A stretch of DNA of 64,000 nucleotides from positions 426,752 to 490,751 of the forward strand of contig MU619239.1 of NCBI GenBank assembly GCA_025201805.1, given 5' to 3'. This document shows positions 27,645 to 40,550 of this stretch, piece after piece. Source of the DNA: Parasitella parasitica NRRL 2501. Taxonomy: Eukaryota; Fungi; Mucoromycota. The position numbers and the translations under genes were made by a program. Under the pieces are notes generated by a model. The model saw nothing but the letters and a program-made list of their open reading frames with translations. It was not told the origin of the DNA and did no database searches. Each line of letters starts with the position of its first letter. The stretch's first letter is position 1.

Positions 27645-29109
27645 TCGTCTATCGAGCAAGTATTAATAAACGCTTTCTTTTTGTTGAGTGGTTTGTATAC
27701 TTTCCTCAATTTCTATTCTCTTGCGGAATCCCAAGGCAGTGATTTTCCATCAACCCACATTAACTATATATCACTTGATATACGTTGATGTGCGTTGATT
27801 AAGAGACACATTGATGAGTGGTATAATACCCAAACGAAAAATAGCCTGCTGAAAGTCTTTTGTCTATCCAAGAATTTCATCGTAACTTTGTCATCCGGCC
27901 AATGTTCCAACACAAACTTCAAATTGTAGATTCTTTTTCGTAATCTGCTAAAGATAGTTGGCTGCTATCGTTAAATCCTTGATATAGCATTTAATAAACT
28001 TGTCTCAAAAAATGAGAGTGAATATCAACGTGTGGAAACGCAACATAGGCTGATGTTACCCCAGAAAATATGAATTCATTGTCATGTTGCTTAGCGCTGT
28101 AACATCGGCATCAGACCATAGGCGTCTGGATTTTTTAATAGTTTCTATCTTTGCAATCATTATCAGCAGTTACATGAGATGTGAAAGTTCATCCATTACC
28201 TTCACTGTTCAAATGCCCATTTTCAGCCTCATATCAAGCACATGAAGTCGTCCCCATCTGGCCTTGTTAGCCCTCATGAAAAATGCAGATTTAAAAAAAA
28301 AATTGCTCTTTCATCCCAGTAACAACAATTTAATACATTACAATGTAGAGCCAAATTAAAGACATATAAAATTCACATTGAATGGTACTCTGGAATATTA
28401 CCTTTCAGAATGAAACCGATTATTTCAAGGCAAAAGACGTTTTTTTTAATTAAAGATTTCTATCAAGATATAATGCAATAGAAACCATTGCATATTATAC
28501 CCATTCAGAGAGAGAATTTACTACTGTATATTTGGGTATTTTTTTCATTTGTACTCTTGAAGGCATACTGCTTTCAAATACTAAAAAAAAAAAAAAAAGG
28601 TCAACATGCATCCCGCTTTTGTCCAAAACGGAGAAATTAAACCGCAACAACAACAGCAGCACTACATCTGCCAACATGATGATGGTTGCCAAGTTCGGGC
28701 TGAAAGTCATTTAGACTGAAAATGCAGTGTCTTTGTAGCCCTTCATCAGATGTTCAACGTTTGATGGGAGAAGCCTCAATCACAGCTCTCAAGTTGGAGG
28801 ACAAGAATCGATCTATTTATCGCATTTTTCCGTATTCGTTCCAAACCGACACTATTATATCTACCTACCTGATATCTGCGAGTGTTCCGTCATGACTTTT
28901 ATATGTTGGATCAATAGGTACTGTAACATTGGAACCATACCTTACCGGTAGGTTCCAAGTGGTGACTGTACAAGTGACCGGTCGAAGCAATGGCATCCAA
29001 CATTTCAAAGGGAAGGGGCCTGTCTAAAAAAAAAAAAAAAAAATACGAGTGGAGATATGAATTGCCACAAGTGATATTCCTTCTTCCTAACAACACAGTT
29101 TTTGCTCAA

Positions 29110-30213
29110 ATGTTTCGTTTAGGACGAGTCTTTCAGCAGGCCGGCAGTAAGGCGCCTACTGTGCTTGGTCGAAAATTATACCAAACCCCACCCAGCATGA
29201 CTTCACTGATCTCTCGTTTCAGCCAAATGCGCACTTATTCTAGCAGCAAACCCCCTGTGGAAAGCCCTAGTTTTCTGACAGGTTTCAATACGCAAGGCAA
29301 TGCTATGGGCAGCATCAAATCCTCAGCCTCACCTTCGAGCCAATTCAAAACGAAAAAGCCTACTACGCCTGGTAAGCGTTGGTTGAAGCGTGTACCTCGT
29401 GATCATCTCTACAAGGGTAAAGCTGTACGCAAGCTGACTATCGCCAAACGCAGCTCAGGCGGACGCAACAACACAGGCCGCATCACGATTCGCCATCGTG
29501 GTGGAGGACACAAAAGACGTGTCCGTGTAGTGGACTGGCATCGTCAAGAATCAGGCACACAAACTGTCATGCGTCTTGAGCATGACCCTGGACGCACTGC
29601 ATGGATCGCCTTATTAAAGAACGACACTACTGGAAAGCTTAGCTATATCATTGCTCCTCATGGCATCAAACCTGGCGATAAAGTTAGATCGTATAGAGAC
29701 CAACAGCAAAAAGAGCAGCAGCATTCTGATGAACCTGTGATTACTCGTACAGTAGCCGTAGATGCTGGCAATTGCATGCCTTTAAAGATGGTCCCTGTTG
29801 GCACAATCTTGCACAACATCGGGTTGAAGCGTAATGGACCTGCAGTCATGGTAAGAGCGGCTGGCGCTTACGCCCAGTTGATTCAAACGGGAGAAACTGG
29901 CTATGCACAAGTGCGTCTATCCAGTGGTGAAGTTCGTTTAGTCCCTGTTGATGCTTGTGCCACGATCGGTGCTGTCAGTAACCCTGATCATCAGCATGAA
30001 ATGCTCGGTAAGGCTGGTAGATCAAGATGGCTTGGTATTCGCCCTACTGTCCGTGGTATGGCTATGAATGCTTGTGATCATCCTCACGGTGGCGGTAGAG
30101 GTAAATCAAAGGGTAACAAAGACCCTAGATCTCCTTGGGGCGTATTAGCAAAGGGTGGCAAGACTAGAAAGACACCTAATCAGTTCGTGGTTAAGCCAAG
30201 ACCAAGACGATAA
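29110..30213 (+). CDS. RML2: Mitochondrial ribosomal protein uL2m
   Basis: GGRNNTGRITIRHRGGGHKRR, EHDPGRTAWIAL, GKAGRSRWLGIRPTVRGMAMN..DHPHGGG; presequence-like MFRLGRVF. Confidence 0.96.
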   Translation: MFRLGRVFQQAGSKAPTVLGRKLYQTPPSMTSLISRFSQMRTYSSSKPPVESPSFLTGFNTQGNAMGSIKSSASPSSQFKTKKPTTPGKRWLKRVPRDHLYKGKAVRKLTIAKRSSGGRNNTGRITIRHRGGGHKRRVRVVDWHRQESGTQTVMRLEHDPGRTAWIALLKNDTTGKLSYIIAPHGIKPGDKVRSYRDQQQKEQQHSDEPVITRTVAVDAGNCMPLKMVPVGTILHNIGLKRNGPAVMVRAAGAYAQLIQTGETGYAQVRLSSGEVRLVPVDACATIGAVSNPDHQHEMLGKAGRSRWLGIRPTVRGMAMNACDHPHGGGRGKSKGNKDPRSPWGVLAKGGKTRKTPNQFVVKPRPRR

Positions 30214-30370
30214 ACACTATCCGCCTTTTTTGTTTTCTTTTTAAGCTGCCAAGTATATAGATTCAAGAATCCTCTCGCCTTTGTATTGTGAATATTTAAA
30301 AATTATATTAAAAAAAAAAAAATTATACAAATCAATCTTTTTGCTATCTCTTGTGCAATCTTTGTGTACT

Positions 30371-31608
30371 ATGACAGGGCTTAAGTGCGAAACCACCACA
30401 AGTAGAGAATGTTCTGATTCACAAGAATTCGTTGAAATGCATACATTTGACAGTGTTGGTGCGAACGATGATATTGAGGCTGAAGAATTTCCGATACTTG
30501 AATCTGTTCTGGAGGAATTCTACTTTGACTACTACAGCCAAGAGCAGAGCTATAATCAGCTAGTGCACTATGGAATTGCTGCAAACCCCTCTACTGATGT
30601 CAACTACAGTACTAGCTTTGCTGAAATGGTTTTGGAATCAGTAAAACATGCAGATAAAGTCTTCTTGACTGAAGTGGCTACCAACTTTGACGACAATCTA
30701 CCTTCATTTAATTCCATCATCAATTACGATGCTTGTGCAGCAGAGAATCCAGACGAGAGGGAGGAAAATGTAGTTGAAAGAGCTAGACAAAATCATCACC
30801 AACTCGACGAAAGCGAAATCCCCTTACAGTTACTCCAAAGCGAACAGGAAACCGATCCTGCAAACCAAACATTCTCTGGGTTATTCAAAGCAATATCATT
30901 CTATTCGCAGCCTTCTCGTGATGAAGCCAGCCGAAACAAACTGCTGCTTGACGAATCACAGCATGAACGGCTTGATAACAATCAGCTTTTCATGTTTGAC
31001 AATGATGATAGATCTAAAGATTTTTCTTCGTGGTTCTTGTTTGATAGCGATGATGAGAGCGAAATTGCCTTGTTTAAAGTAAAGCATGCTATGACATAAA
31101 GCCATCCATACGTTAATTTTTTTTAAAGAAAGACATATTAGGCGAGGAAGATGCTACGCTCAAGTATTTTGCTAGCAAGAAAAAAAAAGTGGTTGGTACT
31201 AATAATCAATGCGTTGCACCCGAGTCGAATCAAACCAAAGCAAGTGATACAACCGATTCAAGAGTACAACAAAAGGAGAAACATCATCAAACATACATTG
31301 CAAGCAGCTCACAAACATCGGACGAGTGGAAGGACATGAGTGCGAAGGATAATGGCTCCAGCAATGAGATGAAACCTCTTTCAATCACAAAAGATGTCTC
31401 GTTAGGCAAAGAACTTGACTTTAAAGATGCTATTATCAAGACAAGTACACCTAGTAACAGTAAGCTTGGATCTTTCAATGACACTAAAGCGGTTGGGGAA
31501 GAGTCATATCTTCTTGAAGAAGTGCCTTTTAGAGAAACTAGAAGCTCAAAATACTTTATTCGTAATAAGCGTAGTATTATTATCAGCAAAGAAGGCCCAG
31601 CATCATAA
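30371..31608 (+). CDS. Hypothetical acidic, low-complexity protein (2 exons)
   Basis: A 50-nt GT-AG intron at 31079-31128 joins ORFs 30281..31099 and 31189..31608 in frame. Confidence 0.5.
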
Positions 31609-32812
31609 TATGCAGGTATAGACGAGGCCTATATACTGGAGTTTTTTCTTTTGAAAAAACATTTGTATATTATATTGCTGACGCACAGCACTTGAAATCA
31701 CCCCTAATAAATACAGAAACATGATAATGTCGCGTATCAAGATTCTCTAGACTGAAAATAGTACAAGTAATGAAAGCTTCTGCAATAATTTCTTATGGGG
31801 CACTATATACGTATAATATTACATGCAAAAGCAAATTAATTTCACGGATAAAACGCAACAGCTTGAGTTTGCCTCCTACAACTATCACTTTGTCCTTGTA
31901 TCCACCAACTTTCAGTTGCGGAGCAAACCATGAGTCTATAGATAACTTGAATATACCTTAGTATGGGTCAATAGACACAACGATAATATAGAATATGTGT
32001 TTAAGAAATCATTCTATATAGATTCTTATTTTCGTTGAGACAAGTAATGTTCCAGTGAAGCACTGCCAGTCTGCAATAAACAGTCAATCTCTTTCTTAAA
32101 TTCTGCACTCTTTCAGGGCGATCCTCAAAAGCGGATATAAGTGTGAGGCATACTATATCCTGAGTAATGCTTTCAAGCATGCTTTCCAGATAGACATATA
32201 CGTATATCTCATTTAGCATATCTTCCTTAAATCGACAGAGGGCACTTGGCAATCGCTGGTTGTCTATTCTATTTATACACGCCTGCAACTGAAAATGACC
32301 CTGAATTAACTCTTTTCGATCTTCTCAACGATAAGTCTGGTTGATGATTGTGATTTTATGATTGACATGAGATAACTCACACGCTGACTAAAAGTATAGA
32401 TCATGATTTGCACCGGAGATCATATTATTTATATAAGTGTTTATTTTGAGCTTTAAGGAGTGGGGGGGGCACACTTACACATCATTTATCAAAGTTCCTT
32501 GAGCAGTATCTAAAATCACGTTTAATTGTTTAATATTCGACGATGTACATATATGTGTATCTATTTCTGTCAGTAATTAACGATTAGTTCACACTGATAT
32601 CTCTATATGCTTTCAAAGAGATTGTATTGTATACAGGAAAAGCAACGTTAAATGAGAGAGGAGTCTAAAGCGTAATTTACAACGTATTTAGACCAAAAAT
32701 ACTTGAATTCTAGACTTTGAATCTATTTCATTATAAAAAGAAAATTTTCTCTGATTCCGCACTTCTTCCTTTCCTCTTTCATCTCTTTTAATAACTTTAT
32801 AATAATACCAAT

Positions 32813-33264
32813 ATGATGCTCAGTAAATTAACCATGTCAACAACATCCATAAGCTTGAACCTAAGCAATTATAAACGGAAAAGGCCGTCCAGCTTTGTTT
32901 CCAACATTGGGCCATTATTGCAACGCATCAAAAGGTCATTCAATCCCAATATTAATTCATCAACTGCACGACGATCAAATACAGTGCATTGCTGCTTGAA
33001 TGATTACCAAGAAACGTCAGAGAAATGTGCATTGAGTGCATCCCTAATTGAAGAGCGAGGTAAGAATGCTCCTTAGCCATACCTACATGGTCAACCTGAC
33101 AAGTTTGTCTAGATGAAGATGACAGATTGAGCTGGTCTCAAGAAACCTTCATATGCGCTGCAAGATCTGACTCGGAACCCAGTAAAATTTACGCTAAACA
33201 TGTCGAAAATTGGTGGTCAACAACACCTTCAATCCACTCATCGTCCACTAATGCCGTTTTGTAA
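32813..33264 (+). CDS. Small hypothetical protein (~133 aa, 2 exons)
   Basis: TATAAAA and CT-rich leader upstream; intron gtaaga...tctag restores frame to DEDDRLSWSQETF...NAVL*. Confidence 0.55.
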
Positions 33265-33390
33265 ATATCAATTCATTTCATCATTTTTGTTACACAATTC
33301 AATCTAAAGGTCAATGATATCATTTTTTGGTTGTAAATATTAGTTTATTATGATATATGTACAATTTGGTATATAGTTATTCTCTCGCTT

Positions 33391-34579
33391 TTAAATGGAA
33401 GTTAATAAACCTGTGTGTTCATCAGGTTCACTGTGTGTCTGCTGATCTGATTTTCTATAAATCAACTTCATTCTAGTCCACCATGTTGCCCCGCATATGC
33501 CATCTTCCTCGTCTAACGAATTTGTCTTTAAAAATGGCTGTGAATAATCAGATGGCGTAATGCTCAAAGTCGAATTCGAATCACTCGAGTTGGTAGCACA
33601 AGCTGATGGCTGCAACGAGATCACCAAAACACCATACACTAACAATGCAATACCGAAAAGGACGGCCATAACTTGCCAGTAAAATAGCCTCTCCCACTGA
33701 TTGTAATAAACCAAACCATTGAATAGACAGGAAACGTTGAAGGAGCAAAAATTGAGTGGAACCAGAATAATCGTATCACAGAGTTGAACACCACGATTTA
33801 AATAATACAACTACAGCAAAGGTTTTTGTTACAATCTGCAGCAAAATAAGCACTTGCCAAATCACAATATATACCTGGAGTACGGCCGAAAACACCAGTG
33901 CGAATACAATGACCCACGTGAGAGGATAGATGAATTGATTGTCATGGTGAAATACTGTCAAAATAAGCAACTCCAGCCCGCTTTTGGCAAACAGCATGGC
34001 CTGGCTACTGATGTTTGCTCCGAAGATGCCATAACTGATCCCCAACCACATCTTCAAATCGGGATGTGTCCAGTGATTCGGTCTCACCTTCATCAGATAC
34101 TCGACCACATGAGTCGAAATTAAGCCAACACAAGTGAACATTTCGACTAGCGAAAAGTAGACGATGAACGCAGGCCGTTTATACAGAGCAATCAGGTCTT
34201 TGAGTGTGTGCTGGGGCTCGGGCACAGTGCCAAACCCAGCGACGAGGGCAGCGCCCAAGACAATCAATCCTGTGCCCACAACAGTCCTCTTTGTAAATGG
34301 ATCGCCCAAGATCCATTTAGCAAAAAGAGCGTTGAATACCAGGCCAATGGCGCCGATGGGAGCCAATATTATAATAGGTAAATATCCTATTGTGCATGTA
34401 GATCCTATTAAATTTGATATTGTGTAAACCAAAAATCCAGATACCCACATAGGTCGTTTGTAGAGTGGTATAGTCGAGTCAATTATGAGATGCGACTTCC
34501 TTTGCAGAGAAATCCCGAATGCTTGTGTCATGCTTGCTACCAGAGCAATTGATAGTGGCCTCCAGATCTCTTCTTTCAT
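33391..34579 (-). CDS. NIPA/DMT-family magnesium transporter
   Basis: GISLQRKSH, YKRPMWVSG, ILAPIGAIGLVFNALFA, LFAKSG, QLYYLNRG; one intron. Confidence 0.88.
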
Positions 34580-34926
34580 GATATATTCTAACGACTGGCT
34601 GGATAAAGGAAAGAGGGAAGAAGAAAAAGTAGAAAAAGTAGAGAAAGGGAAAAAGGTATCGAGTCTAAATTTAGCCCCCCAAAACAGCCTTTTTATTCTT
34701 TGTGTGCCTTGTAATTAATAAACCACAATTTCTTTTTTGGCATTTTCACTCACTGCGCATGTTTATTGTATACTATATAATCTCCTAGCAAAACATGTCA
34801 TCTATTATTTTTACTCCTTTTTACAATATATTATCACATGTAGGAAAAATAAAAGAGGGGCCTGGACTTGATTGCAATAAGATATCTAACGTGCGATGTA
34901 TTAAACCAATTAAAAGGCAACGCTTA

Positions 34927-35686
34927 TTATTGCCAGTACGGCTGTCTTGGCTGCTGTTGCTGGTAGAATGGCTGTGGTTGCTGATGCACTGGTGGTGGAG
35001 GTATTTGAGTGCTGCTGCTACTGCTGCTGTACGCCATTTCATTGTTGTTCTGTTGCTGCTGATAATAGTCTTCATAGGCACTATAATCATACTTGTTCAC
35101 GGGTATAGCAGCATTATATACTGATTTATTTACATAGGGCTGTGTGTAAGGCTGTTGCGGAGGCTGTTGAGGTTGCTGCTGTTGTTGGTAGTGTACCGAG
35201 TAGTAGCCATAGCTCTGTGGTGGTTGAGGAGGAGGAGGTAGTGGCGCATAGGGATGATGATGTGGTGGGGGTGGATGAGCATATTGATGTGCTGGTGGGT
35301 GTGGTGGTGGTGTGTGATTCATCATTTCCATTGGTGGGTGCGGTGGTGGTGTGTTGTACTTGTCACGAGCAAACAGAGGCACATTCGCATTACCGTTGAT
35401 GACAGGTGATTGACCATAGAAAGAAGTGTCATAATAACTCTATTATAGAAAGTGTCAGTCCTGTACTTTGCGTCTGAACATGTTGGCTGCACATACCATT
35501 CTTTGCGGATCAGCACTGTAGTAATCGGTTGGTAAACCGCCTGTATATCCCGCGACCGAATTATGCACGTTCGGCATATATGCTGTATAAGGGTTCATTG
35601 TGTATGGTTCATTGTATACATGCTGAATAGGCTGAGGCTGAACTAGTTGCTGTTGTTGCTGTTGTTGTTGCTGTTGTTGTTGTTGC

Positions 35687-35782
<96 letters not shown>

Positions 35783-37095
35783 GGCTGAACATAGTGTTGT
35801 TGTTGAGGATGGAATGGTTGTGGAAGAGGTTTATTTGTATTGTGAAAAGATGCCAAGCCGTTCGATACTGCTACTGCTGTTGTGTGGTTTGCTTTGGTAT
35901 GTTCAGAAACATCTGTTGCTGTTGGCGCTTTAGGCCGTGGCGATGGAGTTGCATCCACTTTGATTTCTGCAGCAACAGCAGCATCTTGCAGTTGTTCTTG
36001 CTTGGCAACATTTACTGTGATGGCTGTTTCCTCGACCGCTTCCTCATTCTCATCTCTAATGATCTCTTCTCCATTGATCAAAGTCAAGCTGCCAAACTGC
36101 ACGTTGATCGATGACAGAGACGTAGCTTGTTGGTTGTGTGGTAATACGACGGGCTCTGTTTGATTTAATCGTCTGATTATCGTTGGCTTCCGGATATTTG
36201 CAGCAGTGGTAGCAACTGGAGTTGCAATGATTACTGGCTCAACAGTTGGCTCTGATTCCACAGCTTCAGCTGCTGGAGTCTCTGGCTCACCAAATGTCGG
36301 CTGGTCCTCTACTATTTGCTCGCTCACTTGATCTACAGCTTGGTCTGCTGTCTTTGGTTGCTCGACTTGATCTACTACTACTTCATCGACGGCTACGCTA
36401 TCCGGCTTAGCCTCGTCCTCCTCGTTTGTCGAAACAGGCTGTGCGTCAGGTTGCGAATCTTCAATACTGTAAGTAACCACCTCCGGTTTCGTCGGCCCTT
36501 TTGCAATGCTCGCCCATGAAGGCTTTTGATCTTCTTCTTTTTCGGCAGCTGTCTTTTGGGCTTTGTCTTTTTTATGTCTTCTTGATTTGTCTAGAGATGC
36601 GCACAAAGAATGAGTTGTCTGCGTTTTTCAATGGTATTATACAACATACGATTTCTGGACTTGCCGTTATTACCACGTGTTGCTACTATTGCATCTATTA
36701 TCTTTTGTTGGTTTCTTGACCCTTTTGTCTAGCATTTCCTTCTTACCTTTCCCCTGTGCTACAGCGTCATTTGCTGGTGTATGTGCTGCTGCTGCTGCTG
36801 CCGTGGCCGTAGGCGCTGCTTTATGATTAGATCTCTTGTGATTCGATTGCGTTGTCGGCTTGGGCTTGGGTTTTTTGGACTTGACTTGGCCCCATTGACT
36901 CGCATGGCCCTCTGAGATACGTGTGATGGCAATATCCAAGTCGCCTTGACATTCATCCATAGCAAACAAAAGGTCATTGTGGCTCCACTCTGGAAACAGT
37001 TCAGTTAAGGAAGGCAATGCTTGTCTGTATTGCGCTCGCAGTGATTTAATGTCGTTTGAATTATTTCGCTGCCTCGCGCCTGAGTTGGGTGGCAT
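34927..37095 (-). CDS. DEF1: Def1-like CUE-domain protein with polyQ and Q/P/Y-rich C-terminus
   Basis: LTELFPEWSHNDLLFAMDECQGDLDIAITRISEGHASQWGQVKSKK; PSWASIAK; RRLNQTEPVVLP; VQFGSL. Confidence 0.8.
35647..35781 (-). repeat. (CAA/CAG)n encoding about 45 Gln
   Basis: Long ttg/ctg run seen directly on the + strand. Confidence 0.95.
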
Positions 37096-37739
37096 TTGTT
37101 GTGATTTTTTGTAGTATATGAAAGAAAGAGTAGCCACCCTCCTACCTCCCCCTCCCCCCTTTTTGGATGTTTATTGTAGTCAAACCACACGTAAAACGCG
37201 ACTTGTTGCGTTTGGATAACCCTGTTAATTCAACCTCAGAGTCCTCATACCTTTGGGTTGCTCCAACATGATCCACTTGAAATACTCAAGGGAGACAAGC
37301 GGTAGTTCGATGGGTATAGGTTAGCTTCATGCATTTTTTACTCTGGTAAAAATAACTAACAAACAATACTTACTACTAGCTTTGTGCTGTTGGATTTAGA
37401 ATACAAACGGTAAGAATGAAGTAAGACTTTCTACAATTGCACAGCAGTTGCCTATGTCTGTGCATCAACGAGGGAGACTCAGTAAGGCAAAAGCATTACT
37501 AAACTGCAGCTAAAACGTAGCAGCATAGCACTGTGATTTTAAATATTTAATGCTTAGTCAGTATTGCCTCAAAACTGCAGCAGACAATTGATCTATGCGT
37601 TTTCATGTATTGAATACCACATTTGTCTATGGTTTTGATTGAACGGGTGGTTTCAATTTTCAGTATGATTTTTCTTTGCGTGGTAACCCACCATGTAAAC
37701 AGCTTATAGTAGTTATTTCCTTTACAGACACTGTTATCC

Positions 37740-39095
37740 ACGATTGCAGCAATAGCTACTGCGGCGACCTTTTTCATTTGTAGCCCTCTTCACCGTAAGG
37801 TAAGTTCAAGCCATCAAAAATTCTCACAAGATTGAGTATTTTCAATCACAAGCAAACCTTGCAAGAAGCTGTCAAGATACTATGAGATCTTTGAATTTTA
37901 ATAGTGATGAACAAATAAGAAATAAAATTAATATTGATTAGATCCTCCTTAAGGTTAATGAGAAATACTTTGGCATGTTTGTTTTAGTATGATATTTTTA
38001 TCTGTTTAATGCAATATGTAAATCTTATGCTAGCATGAAAAAAAAAAGCTTTTCTTTTTATAAAAGAAAGAATAGTAAACAAAAAGCTCAACTATTTATT
38101 AGCCAATATTGACGAGCATTTCGTTAAGATGTTTATTTGTGTGTAATAGTCCAAATAGAGATGAATCTGTTAACAGTTCAGTATTTTTGGTACAAGTTGC
38201 TGTTCTTTGAAGGGTGATTCATTACTTGATTTATTTCTTCATGTTGAAGGTCGTGAAAAAGATAGAACATATTGCTTTGTTAGTCGGTGCTACTTGTAGA
38301 TTGACTTGCCAGCCAATTAATATGGATGCATATTAACTTTGCAAGTTCAACTTGATCGAATAGATACGTTAAAATGATCATGAAAAAAAAAAATAGGTTA
38401 AATTCCATCATCCTTGCACGAACAATTGGCAAGAATAGTGGCAATTTTATAGTGTCAGTCATCCATTTGCAACTGGGGATGCCTTCTTTATTGTACTGTT
38501 CAAAGTGTGAACGAATTTGTTAAGCTCTTTGTTACACACTCACGTGGAAAAAAGGGAAGCTGGAGGGCACAGTAAAAGTTTGTTTGTATGTGTTGTTGTT
38601 TCTGTGTTGTTGTTATTTGCACTACCATTACTGGCAGATGCAGTAATGTTAGTGCAGCGGCACCAAGTAGAAACATGATTTAAAGTAGTTTGAATGGTAT
38701 CGCAGCTCTATCCTCAAAATTAGTCCTGTTTATCAATAAATTGCACATCTTACTTACATACTGTGCAACAGTTCCATCTTTATATTTAGCCGGCTTCAAG
38801 AACAAGGGGGACAAAGATCAACATAAAGTGCAATTTTGTTTATTATAATAGCGAAAGAAGGTAGCCGCATCTTGTTTGTCTTTGAATTTCGGAAGACAAA
38901 AGCTAAAATAAAAATTATAAATGAATATGCTTGAATGATATTGAGACAGCACTTACCCAACCACTTTTTGAGTTTTTATAACACTAATAGGCTTTACGAA
39001 GGAGCACTTCATAATTTCCAGAATGTCGTTATCTGTTTTTCCCTTGATTGTCTTCCCTCCAAGAAAAACATACAACTCAACATCTAAATGGGGTT
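37740..39095 (-). pseudogene. Degenerate multi-exon gene remnant, RRM-like fragments
   Basis: Splice-site-bounded fragments VELYVFLGGKTIKGKTDNDILEIM, FCLPKFKDKQDAATFF, LTVKRATNEK with stops; weak resemblance only. Confidence 0.3.
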
Positions 39096-39198
39096 TGTAC
39101 GGTTTGTACAATTTAGTTAGTACATTGTAAAGGATTTAGCTAAACATGTATACCTTTCAATTGATTGTTATTTTCTAATTCTTCCTTTTTTTAGGGAA

Positions 39199-40240
39199 TT
39201 AGCTGACCTGCTCGCTTCGCTCACGACGGCCATCGTCGCCCTACCGGGAGCTCAGATATTGAATGCTCTTTTATTGTAACTTAAAACATATTGTTAGACA
39301 GAAATAAATATATAGATGTAGTAAGGCATAATAGAAAAAAAAATTCAAAAATCAGTAGAGTTATTTAAATACTCCATGGATTACAATATTATCGGTGTAT
39401 GATCCAGTATAGTTTTTGGTAGTTGAGACATTTCTATGCAGAAGAATTTGATTGAAGGTAGCTGCTTAATGCTCGAGAAAGCAACATATAACTGGCCATG
39501 TGAGAAGAAAGAAAGTCGAGTGACCTTGGGCCTTGATGGTCATGGTGAATACCGGTCTAACAGAAAATTAGCAATCAACTCAGGACAGCAAAAAGAGAAA
39601 TAGGGGTTTGCACTGGTGCCTCCATTTTTCTCTATGCCCACATGCGTGCTTGACAATGGTGACAGATGCTGTTCCTTCCACCAAGGTCATGGCGTTCGGT
39701 GAAAGAGGGTGTAATTCTTTTAGCCATGTTATGAGTATTGTTGTGTATTGATTTGGCACATAATCTACTGGTAGATCGCAAATGACTTTCTTGTCCACAG
39801 CTTGAACAAACACGTCTGCTGGTTGTTGCGCCATTAACGCTGATTGTTTCTGTTTGCTGATCTACTTTCATAGTTTCAGATTGAGATCCCACTTTATACA
39901 AAGAGTTTGATTATGATTGTAAAGTGAAAACAAATTTGAGTCATACGAATAGCAATGTTGTTAGCGCAATGACGATAAGAAGATCGATGATGGCCTATGA
40001 CACCACAGCTTCCGCAAGTGTTAGTATTAGCACGGGTGTTATTGAGGCAAAGCCTGCTTGCAGAACGCGAACGGCCTTCTTGACCACAGCTTGAGCAGAT
40101 TCTAATAGCTGGCTCTCTGTGTTTGTAGTAATAAAAGTGTCAACATATTTGTATTAAATAAAACAGAGTGTGCAGCTTAAAAAGTCGCCTTTGTTGGTTA
40201 GACCATGTCCAATTTCGAAAGATTCAAGCTTTTTCGCCCG
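39199..40240 (-). mobile_element. Internally deleted Helitron remnant
   Basis: 3' end GC-rich palindromic segment then CTAA|T; Pif1 C-terminus FSVRPVFTMTIKAQG..FSHGQLYVAFS..TDNIV; N-terminal CxxCG.xGHxRS....C knuckles and HDLGGRNSICHHCQARMW; 5' end not resolved. Confidence 0.8.
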
Positions 40241-40550
40241 ACTTTCAACATTATTCACTCTGTTTAGAGAGTTTTAATTTTAAATTAATGTACATGATCA
40301 TCTATTTCATGTTTTGTTTCATACGCACATTTTACTTATAATTTTCTGAAGTGTTAAGTATTTTTATTTAGTTTCTGAAATTGAGGATGTGCTTGGCTCA
40401 ATGCCAACTTCTCGAAATTTAACAAACTGGAATGGAACTGAAAAAACCAACTAAAGCATTTGTTAATTCCATTTCTTCTTGGCTTAGGTTTGTTTTGCTT
40501 TATTCTTGAAGCGTGTAAAAAAAGTTAGCAGACTCCATTTTTTTTAATTA

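Noticed and set aside
27521-27788. Poly-Lys / poly-Phe ORFs
   Set aside because: Artefacts of the poly-T run
28990-29109. N-terminal extension of RML2 in the ORF track
   Set aside because: Runs through a poly-A tract; ATG 29110 gives a typical mitochondrial presequence
32001-32288. 95-aa minus-strand ORF
   Set aside because: Starts at a non-ATG codon, and I could not build a gene model or find a motif
35647-36114. 155-aa poly-Leu ORF on the + strand
   Set aside because: Antisense shadow of the polyQ tract
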